Positions 1 through 9,794 of a stretch of 32,815 nt of DNA are shown here, in pieces. Origin of the DNA: a virus. Lineage: Duplodnaviria > Caudoviricetes. The translations under genes were made by a program, and so were the position numbers. Under the pieces are notes generated by a model. That model was not told the DNA's origin, did not search any database, and saw only the letters and a list, made by a program, of their open reading frames with translations. Where the stretch lies: positions 1-32,815 of IMG/VR virus record IMGVR_UViG_3300036940_000203; one strand, given 5' to 3'. Within the stretch, counting starts at the first letter, position 1, and each line of letters starts with the position of its first letter.

Positions 1-1
1 T

Positions 2-1309
2 CAGTCTGGAGTCGTTCCTGTCCGGAGAGTAGTAGGTGAAGATCTCTATCATGAAGTAGACTACTTTTATTCCAATAAGTATAATACTGCATACTTGCCA
101 TGCTCTCATAATAACCTCAAAGATATCATTGCATATAGTGTAGCATGCAATACTCCAGATACTACATTTTATACTATCAAATTCGCTGACGGATATAAGG
201 TATATAAGAGTGGCAATTGGATACCTGTAGTAAGACTCAATAGTACTATCTGGCAGTATAATGCTGATGGTACATGGCAGAATGCTAAAATCAACAACGC
301 GCATACTGCTATCTCAGATGCTATGACTTATGAAATTAATCGTATGTCTGGTATCGACTTAGTCAATATTCCTCAGTATGCTACTGGTAGGATTCTTGGT
401 ATGACTATATCACTAATCAAAGATACTGATACAGTTCCTGAATTCACTAACGGTACATATACTGGAGTAGTAGATTTAGAAAATGCTCCTGACTATCTTG
501 TACCAGATACTCGTACTAAGACTTGGGCATCTTCAGAATTTGAAGATCTTAAAGATACTATCATTTCTATCACTATCGACGAAGCTAATGTATCTGCTCA
601 CGTAGATGTTCCTATTGGTACTAAAATCAAATCTGGATGTACGATATTAGTAGCTGGAATATATCTCAAGATTAGTACTATCAGTAATGATGGAACTACT
701 TCTGGAGATATCAGATTTGTAGCTAATACTAAAATATCTACAGGTACATATCCTGTACAAGGTATCTACGGTATGGATAGTAGTGCTACTATTACTGCTA
801 ACGATACATATAGTGTATTAGCAGATATGTCTGATCATGGACTTGAAACTATTGAACAGATCCTTAGTACCAGTGACGATAATGTATATTACTTTGTAGG
901 TGATGCTACATCACTTAAGATATACACTAACGATACTTGGACTACTGTAGTTTCTTATACTGACAATACTTGGAAATATATAGAAAATGCACAATGGATA
1001 GAAGCTCCTATCAACTCTGCACAATCTGCTATGAGTAAGGTAGTCGAAAATACTATCAACAGGATGACTCGTACACAGTTAGAAGCTATTCCCAGTGCAT
1101 ACTTGGATAGTACTATTACTCATGTTGGTGCTACTGTAGATAATACAGTTGTTACTAATAAGACTCTTAGTAAGCTTACTCTTGTAGGTACTGATAAACA
1201 TATGGATGTTACAGAAACCGATATCAAATGGCGTATCGTCAGTGATGTTACTGTTACTAATACTAATGAATTGCACGGAATCAGAGTACAGTGGAGATAT
1301 AATTCCTAG
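2..1309 (+). CDS. C-terminal part of a probable virion structural (tail/baseplate-type) protein with an internal ~65-aa repeat; 5'-truncated by the window edge
   Basis: The frame is open from position 2 (CAG TCT GGA GTC...), so the TTG at 95 is not the true start. Thr/Asp/Val-rich, beta-like composition; duplicated motif K(V/I)Y...W..VV.....W.Y....W..A.IN.A..A.S......INRM....L..IP. Confidence 0.5.
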   Translation, partial: QSGVVPVRRVVGEDLYHEVDYFYSNKYNTAYLPCSHNNLKDIIAYSVACNTPDTTFYTIKFADGYKVYKSGNWIPVVRLNSTIWQYNADGTWQNAKINNAHTAISDAMTYEINRMSGIDLVNIPQYATGRILGMTISLIKDTDTVPEFTNGTYTGVVDLENAPDYLVPDTRTKTWASSEFEDLKDTIISITIDEANVSAHVDVPIGTKIKSGCTILVAGIYLKISTISNDGTTSGDIRFVANTKISTGTYPVQGIYGMDSSATITANDTYSVLADMSDHGLETIEQILSTSDDNVYYFVGDATSLKIYTNDTWTTVVSYTDNTWKYIENAQWIEAPINSAQSAMSKVVENTINRMTRTQLEAIPSAYLDSTITHVGATVDNTVVTNKTLSKLTLVGTDKHMDVTETDIKWRIVSDVTVTNTNELHGIRVQWRYNS

Positions 1310-1317
1310 GTATATAT

Positions 1318-1357
1318 AGAGAGTGTTAGTGTCCATAAAAGGACACTAACACTCTCT
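1318..1357. terminator. Perfect 17-bp-stem hairpin between convergent genes (probable bidirectional terminator)
   Basis: agagagtgttagtgtcc-ataaaa-ggacactaacactctct. Confidence 0.75.
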
Positions 1358-1372
1358 TTACTTTATATCTAC

Positions 1373-2929
1373 TTAAAACATACTATTCAACTTAGCTTCA
1401 GCTGTTTCGTTACCATTATCAACTTTACTTCCATCAGAGTATATATCTCTAGTATATGTAGGTTTAGTATAGATATCATCTACTATTCCAAATTCTGTAA
1501 ATTTATAAGCAAAAAACTTATGAGCTTCTGGAGTATCATCTACATATCGATGTTTATCTCGCTTAAATGTCATATAACTATCTCCAGCTTGGTTCTTTTC
1601 AATACAGAGATAGATACTGAGATCGACTTCTCTTTGTACATCTAGTGAATCTGCCATATGAGAAGCATTAAATCGTTTTACAGGATTAGCAATACCACTA
1701 GCAACAATGTCAGCAGCACCACGATTAAGCTGATGTGCACTACCTAACAATGTACCTTTTGATTTAGTATAATTACAAAGATTACTATATAACTCTTTTA
1801 CTAACAAATGATTACCAACACTTGTAGATTTCCCAGTAGAACTACTCTTTTTCATACAATTGATATAGTCAATAAGAGTAGCAACAATAAAGTATCCTGA
1901 ATTTTCATATTTCTCATAAGTTTGTCTAAACTCATCAAACCCAAATTCACTAGGCAGATATCGTTCTACAACAAAATGATATCCTTTTTCACTAAAGAAA
2001 TCGTAGATATATTGGATAACATATTCATCAGAAAGATTATCTGCAGATGAATTTGTATTCGTTTCATAAGCATTCCTAAACCACCACATCATATCTTCAT
2101 TAGCTTCATTTTCTAATGATAAAAATAAGATTAAAGGTTTCTTACCTTGAGGATGTACTGGTGGTACATTGTAGGTTACAATCCATTTAGCAAGTAATTT
2201 TAATAACAAAGATTTTCCATGATACGATAAGGCATTAAATATGACAGATTCGCCTAAAGTTATTCCGCCACGCTTTCCGCACATCATATTAAATCCTTGT
2301 AACCCAGTTTTCATGATATGATATTCTTTTCGTTCTGTATATGTATCTTTTGCTAATTTAATGGAATTCTTATCCATAAAATCAATCTTCTCAACTCGAC
2401 CTCCACTATTTACCATACTAGCTAAATCGAATGCTGCACTTATATCTTTACTGACATTCAATACATCATTGAGATATACTTTTTGATCAGTAGGATCTAC
2501 AGTATCAGCACACCTATTTAGATATCCAAACATCTTTCGAGTATAGAGATTACATTTATTCCAGATAATGAAATTATTTATCTTATCATTGATACGAATT
2601 AACTTATCATTTGTCACTGAACTTTCACTCGAAAATAATACTCTCAATTGTTGATACACTTCTTCATTTTGAGATACTGCAGGATCAGATTTAAACTTCA
2701 ATAATAACATAGTTAATTCTGTAACATTTTTAGTAGTAAGTTGATTTGCAATTATTTCTTTAATTAATCTAATGAGAAATTTTATAAGAGTAGTTTCTGA
2801 TACAAGATTGCGCATATTCTCACTGATGATATCAACTAACTCATTTACTACTCTTTGCGATTTCTGATCATTTACATTTATTAATAGAGCAATAGCATCC
2901 AAGAAGATTTCAGAATTGGAATAAAGCAT
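1373..2929 (-). CDS. dnaB: DnaB-like replicative helicase (phiKZ gp118-like)
   Basis: MKTGLQGFNMMCGKRGG, Walker A variant ALSYHGKS, FLSLEN, Walker B IDYIN, AHQLNR, K-H-R finger (DKHR). Divergent from the gp119/capsid pair, as in phiKZ-like phages. Confidence 0.88.
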   Translation of the reverse strand: MLYSNSEIFLDAIALLINVNDQKSQRVVNELVDIISENMRNLVSETTLIKFLIRLIKEIIANQLTTKNVTELTMLLLKFKSDPAVSQNEEVYQQLRVLFSSESSVTNDKLIRINDKINNFIIWNKCNLYTRKMFGYLNRCADTVDPTDQKVYLNDVLNVSKDISAAFDLASMVNSGGRVEKIDFMDKNSIKLAKDTYTERKEYHIMKTGLQGFNMMCGKRGGITLGESVIFNALSYHGKSLLLKLLAKWIVTYNVPPVHPQGKKPLILFLSLENEANEDMMWWFRNAYETNTNSSADNLSDEYVIQYIYDFFSEKGYHFVVERYLPSEFGFDEFRQTYEKYENSGYFIVATLIDYINCMKKSSSTGKSTSVGNHLLVKELYSNLCNYTKSKGTLLGSAHQLNRGAADIVASGIANPVKRFNASHMADSLDVQREVDLSIYLCIEKNQAGDSYMTFKRDKHRYVDDTPEAHKFFAYKFTEFGIVDDIYTKPTYTRDIYSDGSKVDNGNETAEAKLNSMF

Positions 2930-3058
2930 CGGGTATTTTACTCCTCATTTATATGGATATATCGATATAACCTTTCTTATCTAACAATAACATACTATGA
3001 TTTAGACATATAGTTTTTTAAAAGTTTGATAAATAATCAACTTAAGGATAACACGCTT

Positions 3059-4378
3059 ATGGACCTTTCGCTCTTTGATCGATATAAAGAAACCATATAC
3101 AACAGCTTGAATTTACTATATGCTAGTATGTGTGTAACTCCCAATACTCATCCATTATATGTTGGCATAATTAGACGTAATATCATTATACTTGATGAGC
3201 AATTAGATATATACCGGAAGTCTAAAGAACTTTCATTAAATCAGATATATACATTAGAAACTACAATTAGTCATATCAAAACTATATTAAATTATAAAGG
3301 AAAAGAACTTCCTTCAGATTTAACTCCTTTGAATATAGAGAATGTATTACTGTTGACAGAAAATAGTCCCCAATATAACTTCTATATGCCTATCCTCAGT
3401 ATTGTATGTAATATCAAATACAAAGGCAATGCACATATAGGATCTTTATTTGTAATTAACGATACTATAGGTGTCCATATTGATGAAAATTATACCTACT
3501 CTTTTAATAACAACGATGTCGATACTGTTAGGGATAAGTATTGGAAATATATTCTCAGTTTTGATTTCAGTCAATCGACTTTTTCTGAAATTGTTAGAGG
3601 ATTTACCATATCCTCTTTTCCCGTAAGTCAAACATATAACGAACTTACCATTGGTGAATTGTGTAGATGTTTAACTACAAATACTACCAATATAAACTAT
3701 AATTTAAGTAATGTAGATAGAACATATTTTAATAATTTATTAAAACAAATAACTAATACACAACACAATCTATATATAGAAGATTGTGATATCTTTAAAG
3801 AATTAGCTTTATATTTAAACTTCCCTATAGAAGCCATTAACTATCTTATAGGTAATTCATCGACTGTAGGTGGCCGAACTGCATTAGATTCAACCTCATT
3901 AAGAAATTATTTTAATAATTTTACTTCTGGAATGGAAGATCTTGATGATGATGACGATACAGACACCGATTCAGAAGATGAAGATGATGATGACCTCGAG
4001 ACCGATGAAGATACCGATACCGATGATACAGATGATGACGATGACGATGACTCAGAAAGTGATGATGGTAGTGAAGAAGAAGAATCTGAAGATGATCCAG
4101 AGGAAGGTACAGATACAATATCATCCGATGACGACTTGTTGCCAGCTTCTTCTTTAGGAAATATCACTATTGAATTATCACCAAAAGACGAATCTATCGC
4201 TGACATCATATATAAGGCGAAGGTATGTGATTTGGTTAGAGAATATAAAAAAGATCCTCCACCAGATCTTAAAATAGAAGAGTTGCTCCTTCTAGAGAAT
4301 TGGTGTACTAAATGGATCTTTTTGGTCAGTGCACGAACCACAAAAGACTTGTTGAGTGAATTGTCAATAACAGTCTGA
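3059..4378 (+). CDS. Probable head-associated structural protein with a long Asp/Glu tract (positional equivalent of phiKZ gp119)
   Basis: ATG at 3059 follows AAGGA. Lies directly upstream of the MCP; ~65-aa acidic tract preceded by an S-G-M-E motif; compact C-terminal domain (LLENWCTKWIFLVS). Confidence 0.55.
   Translation: MDLSLFDRYKETIYNSLNLLYASMCVTPNTHPLYVGIIRRNIIILDEQLDIYRKSKELSLNQIYTLETTISHIKTILNYKGKELPSDLTPLNIENVLLLTENSPQYNFYMPILSIVCNIKYKGNAHIGSLFVINDTIGVHIDENYTYSFNNNDVDTVRDKYWKYILSFDFSQSTFSEIVRGFTISSFPVSQTYNELTIGELCRCLTTNTTNINYNLSNVDRTYFNNLLKQITNTQHNLYIEDCDIFKELALYLNFPIEAINYLIGNSSTVGGRTALDSTSLRNYFNNFTSGMEDLDDDDDTDTDSEDEDDDDLETDEDTDTDDTDDDDDDDSESDDGSEEEESEDDPEEGTDTISSDDDLLPASSLGNITIELSPKDESIADIIYKAKVCDLVREYKKDPPPDLKIEELLLLENWCTKWIFLVSARTTKDLLSELSITV
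3936..4135 (+). repeat. Low-complexity GAT/GAC/GAA-rich coding tract (poly-Asp/Glu)
   Basis: Encodes EDLDDDDDTDTDSEDEDDDDLETDEDTDTDDTDDDDDDD... Confidence 0.8.
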
Positions 4379-4412
4379 GATATCCAGACTCAAATACTCC
4401 GGAGAAATATAA

Positions 4413-6617
4413 ATGAGTAATAATGCTTTTAAAGACTTTGTCGCGCAGTTGGAAGAATATCAGATCGAAACCGATGAAGGTGCTCTGTCCTTGATCGAAA
4501 AAGAGACCATGGGAAAGATCTGGAATAAGTCACTTGACTTCCTCGAGAGTCGTAATCTGGTATCTGGTGCTGGATTGGAATCTCTCAATTCTTTCGATAG
4601 GCCCATCAGTAACCTCAGCCAGAATACTACTCTTGGTCACGTCGGCGTTGAAGCTATCGTTGACTTTTGTCGGGATTGCGAAATCGCTAACGATCAGCTG
4701 TTTGCTGCTGCGTGTAATGTCGGACATCTGCTTGCACATAGCGGAAGTATGGCTGAACATTTCAACTCCGAAAGGGGCGGTGTAGAATCTCTTGACAATA
4801 TCAACTTCCAGGATATGGGTAGTGTCTTCGGTAGCTATTCTGCAGCTACTCTGAAACAGGATGCTGCTGCTGCTTTGGAAGCTTTTGGTCAGGATGTTGA
4901 CAAGCTGACAACTGATATCCGTATCAATATCGCTATTACGATTATGAAGTTCCATAAGAATATCCTTGATAGGATCATGTTTCGTAAGCCTTGCGATTCT
5001 AACGTCATTCAGTTTTCTGTTCCGTATCATGAAGTCTATGATCTGGAGAAGGCTGCTGCTAAGGATACTCGTGTCCGCAATCTTGGTGATCATCGTGTTA
5101 ACTTCATCGATCTCTACAAAGAACCCGGAACTGCTAACACTGAAGCTAAGAAGATCATTCCTCTGAAGGCTAATGACGTTAGCGCTACTGCTAAGTTGGT
5201 AGCTGACGAACAGATTCTGTTTGGCAAGGAAGTCAACCTGTTTGATCTGGCTCTGGATGCTACTAAGTTTGGTCATAGTCATATTGACTATACTGACTTG
5301 GTCTCTGAAGGTGTTCTCTTCGATACAGCATTCCTGACAATCACGGAAGATAACGAAGGTACTATCAGAGAAGAGATCTTTGCTATCCCTATGAAGATTC
5401 GTTCCGGTGCACGTTTCCAGATGAGAAACAACTCTCGCGATTCCGCTGATCGTGACTGTCGTATCTCCGAACGTGTCAACTTCAACAAGGATACCCCTAA
5501 AGCTGATGGTACTGCTTCTAGTATCTTGACAGCATTTGCTGGCGATGCATATCTTCAGTTGAGTCTCAATATCACTGGCGGTATCAACCTCAAGACTGCT
5601 GATACTATGGTTCAGGGTCAGGTTTCTGGCGTTGTTGTAACAGAAACTGGTGAGACTCCTGTTGCTGCAGTTACTGATCAGTTCGATAAGTTGTCTTTTA
5701 CATTGTCTCATTATACTCTCGATGCTCGTTATAGTGAAGAGAATATGCGTAAGACCACGGCTGCTGTTCGTATGAATAAGCGTCCGATGGCTTATGAGAT
5801 CCCTGTCGGTCGTAACTATGTCGTCGACTATTCTCTCGCTCAGACTAAGCCTGCAGAAGTCCTCAGCACTGTTTCTCAGCTGATCTCCATCGGTAACGAT
5901 GATCGTGGACTCAAACTGATCATGGCTACTATGGATCAGGTCTATGATCGTCTGGAAGCTGAGAGCGGTGGAAGTATGTTTGCTGATCATCGGGATCGTG
6001 TCGCTTTCGATTTCGTTGCTGGTAATAAGGTACTTCCTTCTATCTTCAAGGGTGAGATCGATCTGGCTAACGTAGAATCCATTCGTAGCTCCGATATCCT
6101 CTCCGATATTCGTAGTCTCATGGAAAAGTTCCTGTTGGAAATTATTGCCAAGATGCACAATGACAGTATGTATACGAGTGCTCTGGATAATGGTGAAAAG
6201 CCTCATTATAAGGTCGTCACTTCCAGTCCTATCCTCGCAACATGTTTCAGCGTTCCGCATATGCATAACCACCTGGACGTCAAGGTGGGTGTGGATGGAG
6301 AAACTGTTGAGTATGCTCGTATTCTCCCTAACGGAACTCGTCTCGACATCATCACTACTACGTTCAACAGCATGGTCGATAAGATCGTTATAATTCCATA
6401 TCGTAAGAACAACCCTCAGTCTGAGTTGAACTTCGGTGTGAACTGTGATCGTGGTCAGTTTGTCGCTAACTACACTCCTGTAGTCAATCAGGGTGTTTCT
6501 CGTCGAGTGGCTGTCAACTCTCGTGAAATTCCTTATGCTACTAACCCTCTTGGTGCTATCATCCAGGTCAAGAATGTATCTCAGTACTTTGAAGGTTTGG
6601 GTACTCTCAATATCTAA
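4413..6617 (+). CDS. Major capsid protein, phiKZ gp120-like, with a cleavable N-terminal propeptide
   Basis: 734 aa, typical of phiKZ-like MCPs; GGAG RBS; several (A/G)-X-E motifs ending in ALE-AF at residue 156; synteny with DnaB; strong codon bias. Confidence 0.85.
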   Translation: MSNNAFKDFVAQLEEYQIETDEGALSLIEKETMGKIWNKSLDFLESRNLVSGAGLESLNSFDRPISNLSQNTTLGHVGVEAIVDFCRDCEIANDQLFAAACNVGHLLAHSGSMAEHFNSERGGVESLDNINFQDMGSVFGSYSAATLKQDAAAALEAFGQDVDKLTTDIRINIAITIMKFHKNILDRIMFRKPCDSNVIQFSVPYHEVYDLEKAAAKDTRVRNLGDHRVNFIDLYKEPGTANTEAKKIIPLKANDVSATAKLVADEQILFGKEVNLFDLALDATKFGHSHIDYTDLVSEGVLFDTAFLTITEDNEGTIREEIFAIPMKIRSGARFQMRNNSRDSADRDCRISERVNFNKDTPKADGTASSILTAFAGDAYLQLSLNITGGINLKTADTMVQGQVSGVVVTETGETPVAAVTDQFDKLSFTLSHYTLDARYSEENMRKTTAAVRMNKRPMAYEIPVGRNYVVDYSLAQTKPAEVLSTVSQLISIGNDDRGLKLIMATMDQVYDRLEAESGGSMFADHRDRVAFDFVAGNKVLPSIFKGEIDLANVESIRSSDILSDIRSLMEKFLLEIIAKMHNDSMYTSALDNGEKPHYKVVTSSPILATCFSVPHMHNHLDVKVGVDGETVEYARILPNGTRLDIITTTFNSMVDKIVIIPYRKNNPQSELNFGVNCDRGQFVANYTPVVNQGVSRRVAVNSREIPYATNPLGAIIQVKNVSQYFEGLGTLNI

Positions 6618-6634
6618 GTTACACCAATAAAGGT

Positions 6635-6669
6635 ATATAGACTAGGGAACTGAGTTCCCTAGTCTATAT
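6635..6669. terminator. Perfect 16-bp-stem hairpin between the convergent MCP and ruvC genes
   Basis: atatagactagggaac-tga-gttccctagtctatat. Confidence 0.75.
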
Positions 6670-6697
6670 TTGCCTTATCATTTTTATACATAATCGA

Positions 6698-7264
6698 TTA
6701 TACAATAATACTTGGAAGATCACATTTGATAAATGCCCATGCACACGCAATAGCATCTGCTTCATGTTCTACCATCTTTTCAATAGGATTTTGTTTAGTC
6801 TCCTTTAATTCGATATCAGGATTGAGTAAAATAGCTTCTTGTACAGTTATCTTAGAAGCTTGTCCATGATCCGTAACTATACGCTTAATGCACTGAGGAG
6901 CAAGTTTAAATACAGGTAAACCTAAGTTAGTTCCGATAACTCGTTCGATAGTATGAATACATAAAACTAATGCCGCATATGCTGCAGTTCGACCAGGCTG
7001 CCAGAAGGCACTTTCAGTTACAACATAATCAGGTTTATATCTCATCAAGTTAAACAACTCTTCTTCTAGATGAGTAAGTTGTATATACGATTTGTTAAAC
7101 AGTACTAACTTTTCCTTATATTTATTGAGTGCTCGTTTTCCTTCAATCTTTCCACGTTTACTAACAAAAGCCTTACCTGTAGTTGTGTTGTATTCAGTCA
7201 ATGCCCATCCGGTACAGGTAAGGCCCGGATCAAAAGATAATATTTTTACAGTACATTTAAGCAT
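6698..7264 (-). CDS. ruvC: RuvC-like Holliday junction resolvase
   Basis: ILSFDPGLTCTGWA, YVVTES, ASK..VQ, EHEADAIACA; ATG at 7264 preceded by GGGAG. Confidence 0.88.
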   Translation of the reverse strand: MLKCTVKILSFDPGLTCTGWALTEYNTTTGKAFVSKRGKIEGKRALNKYKEKLVLFNKSYIQLTHLEEELFNLMRYKPDYVVTESAFWQPGRTAAYAALVLCIHTIERVIGTNLGLPVFKLAPQCIKRIVTDHGQASKITVQEAILLNPDIELKETKQNPIEKMVEHEADAIACAWAFIKCDLPSIIV

Positions 7265-7398
7265 AAATACATTCTCCCTATGAATGAATATTAGCAATAA
7301 GTCCTTAAGAAATACCTTAAATATATATACTTTGAAAAATCCCTAGAATTATATATACTTATACTATATCTAAATATCGTTTATTGTAATACAAGACT

Positions 7399-9063
7399 TT
7401 ATCTATAATTATACCCATTATGTATCATCTCTTTTAGACATAGTTCTTCTATTTCTAGGTAATTAGGTAATCCATAATACGTTTCGCATAAATACATTGA
7501 GTTTTCTTTTGGACTTATAGCTTGGGAGAAATAATATTGAGTTTCTTTTCGTGATTTATTTTCGATTTGTATTGCTGTACTGAGTTTAGTTTCTTTACTG
7601 ATATTACAACCACATTGTGTATTTGGGTAATATGCAGAAAAATCTTCATCAGATACAAATACATGTAGCATAGTTTCAAAGTCTGGACGTTGAGCTATAG
7701 CATTGATTCCTACACCTTTACTACTTTCAGGTTTAAGAACTGTACCACCAAGATTTTGTATCAGTTTTGTAAATTCAGTTTCTAGTTCAGTACCTGCAGC
7801 TGCTGGTACTTTATTATTTTTCATACAATAATCAAATAAAGTATTGGTTACACATGTTGTTTGTTTTCCAAAATCGTTAAATGAAGTAATGCCGGATAAT
7901 AGATATAGAGAATTTATATCTTCATTCTTCCATTCCATCAACATCAAAGATAGAGCATCTCCAATATTGTAAACAATATATTCAACAAATCGTTGAGTCT
8001 GCATTATATAATGAGATCCTTCTTTACCTAAGGATCGTTTTTGTAATTCCATATTTTCAAGCTTAAGGACATTAGCAAGAGCATAACTAGGAAGATATCC
8101 TTTAGCTTTTCTCAATCTTCCATAAAGAGCTTCACAGTCAATAAACTGAGTATACCCAGTTAAATAAAACCAATGCCACTTATCAATAAAGTGATCTACT
8201 TTTCGAGTATCTGCCTTATAGTAAGCTTTTCTATATTTAGCAGGTACTTCTGGATGACACATGATATCTTCAGCCGATTCTCCGTTGATCTCTAACCTTT
8301 TAAGTATCTGAGGAATATCGAACCCTAAATTCCAAATGCCTACAAAATCAGTCTTGTTTTCGTGGAGTCTAGCAAAGATCCATTTGACGATATCCACTTC
8401 ATTTTCACAGATCTGATAATGGATCTTTAGATCATACTTTTCTATACTAGATTTTAATTCTTCATTAACTAATTCTTTAAGTTTATCAATAGTAAGTTTC
8501 TTTTTTATAGTTCCATGTTCTTTAGTCTTTATTACTTCATAAAAATAATATTCATGAATTCCTACATAAATCTGATTTTCATGAGTAAGTGTAATGAGAT
8601 TAATTTCACCTAGACTTCCAGGAATAACAGAAGTTTCAATATCTAGCATACCTTTAGTAAATGGAATAAATTCTTCACCTTCAAAGTTGAGATTGTATTG
8701 CCTTCGCACTAATGTATTTATAGAAATATCAGCCCCATAGATATAGGGATAATTGCATAGTTTTTTAAGATTTGTATATCCTCTGGGTGGATACCCATAT
8801 ATCTTCTTATGTATCTCATATGCTAAATCTTTTTCAAATACTTTAAATTCATCTAACTCATCTAAACTACAATATTCTTTCTTAAATTGATGAGTCTGTT
8901 TACCTTTCTTAGTAATCCAAAAAGATCGCATAGGATCACTATGTATCACCAGTTTGGGTTGTGGATTACCATTATCATCTATATAACTAGCTTTAACAAT
9001 AACAGCATCAGTATGTTGTTGTTTATTATATACATAAGTAGCATGATTCCATTGTAGTTTCAT
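7399..9063 (-). CDS. Split family-B DNA polymerase subunit carrying the 3'-5' exonuclease and palm motif A
   Basis: ExoI LDIETS, ExoII WNLGFDIP, ExoIII YNIGD, then GGTVLKP and DFSAYYP (motif A); no motif B or C before the stop. ATG at 9063 has a GAGGGGG RBS (the ORF track extends to 9132). Confidence 0.85.
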   Translation of the reverse strand: MKLQWNHATYVYNKQQHTDAVIVKASYIDDNGNPQPKLVIHSDPMRSFWITKKGKQTHQFKKEYCSLDELDEFKVFEKDLAYEIHKKIYGYPPRGYTNLKKLCNYPYIYGADISINTLVRRQYNLNFEGEEFIPFTKGMLDIETSVIPGSLGEINLITLTHENQIYVGIHEYYFYEVIKTKEHGTIKKKLTIDKLKELVNEELKSSIEKYDLKIHYQICENEVDIVKWIFARLHENKTDFVGIWNLGFDIPQILKRLEINGESAEDIMCHPEVPAKYRKAYYKADTRKVDHFIDKWHWFYLTGYTQFIDCEALYGRLRKAKGYLPSYALANVLKLENMELQKRSLGKEGSHYIMQTQRFVEYIVYNIGDALSLMLMEWKNEDINSLYLLSGITSFNDFGKQTTCVTNTLFDYCMKNNKVPAAAGTELETEFTKLIQNLGGTVLKPESSKGVGINAIAQRPDFETMLHVFVSDEDFSAYYPNTQCGCNISKETKLSTAIQIENKSRKETQYYFSQAISPKENSMYLCETYYGLPNYLEIEELCLKEMIHNGYNYR

Positions 9064-9182
9064 ATTCCCCCTCACATATTCAAAATATTTACCTATCCTA
9101 TAATTATACATATCATACTTCGAATCAATCATTTTTTATAAGTGAGAGTATGAAGGAAAAAATAAATAAGTACAATAAGATA

Positions 9183-9220
9183 TATAGAGAGCTACCCTAC
9201 AATGAGGGTAGCTCTCTATA
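9183..9220 (-). terminator. Perfect 16-bp-stem hairpin downstream of the HU-like gene
   Basis: tatagagagctaccct-acaatg-agggtagctctctata. Confidence 0.7.
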
Positions 9221-9229
9221 CACTGTACA

Positions 9230-9685
9230 TTATACACTAAGAAACTTCTGAATACGATCCTGAGCTTCTTTCAGGTTGTCCTTATTCAGTCGAGACTTCG
9301 CCTGTACCGTCATCCGTACTTCGCCGTAGGATGAGATACTCTCGCCGGTCTTGGGATTGCGGTGTTCCTTATACGCACGCATTGAAGTCTTTTCGACTCC
9401 ACCAGGTGTTCTTGTGGACAGCTTGACTTCAGCTTCCTTGGGATCGTCTCCAGCTTTCTTTGCAGCCTTGATAGCATCTCCCAGCTGAGATGCCAGAAAG
9501 TCCACACTACCATCGCGATAGAGATTGTTGAACTCGGCAACAGCCTTAACCATCTCTTCAGTAACTCCATGCTGATTAGCCAACTTGAGATAGTCTTTCT
9601 GAGTCATGGTGAATGTAGCATCATTTGTAGAAGCTGCTTTTTCACCGATAAACTTTGAAACATCTTTGAACTTTGAATCTGCCAT
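9230..9685 (-). CDS. Putative HU/IHF-like DNA-binding protein
   Basis: Contains the HU arm motif RNPKTGE; Lys/Ala-rich, 151 aa; GGAGG RBS; codon usage like the MCP. Confidence 0.5.
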   Translation of the reverse strand: MADSKFKDVSKFIGEKAASTNDATFTMTQKDYLKLANQHGVTEEMVKAVAEFNNLYRDGSVDFLASQLGDAIKAAKKAGDDPKEAEVKLSTRTPGGVEKTSMRAYKEHRNPKTGESISSYGEVRMTVQAKSRLNKDNLKEAQDRIQKFLSV

Positions 9686-9758
9686 GAGTTTCCTCCATAA
9701 GGATTTAGGGGTAAATAGTAAATCAAATAATCTACATATTCAGTATGTTTATCAGTTA

Positions 9759-9770
9759 AATAATATATAT
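9759..9770 (-). promoter_or_regulatory. Putative early (virion RNAP) promoter motif ATATATATTATT
   Basis: Exact 12-mer found at four intergenic sites, each upstream of a minus-strand gene; resembles the phiKZ early TATATTAC element. Confidence 0.55.
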
Positions 9771-9794
9771 TTATTTAACCGTTCAACATTTCTT

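Noticed and set aside
3907-4341. Poly-Ser, poly-His and poly-Met ORFs
   Set aside because: Alternative-frame shadows of the Asp/Glu tract.
4530-6272. 580-aa antisense ORF inside the capsid gene
   Set aside because: It is in codon register with the MCP and explained by avoidance of TTA/CTA/TCA; the translation has no recognisable motifs.
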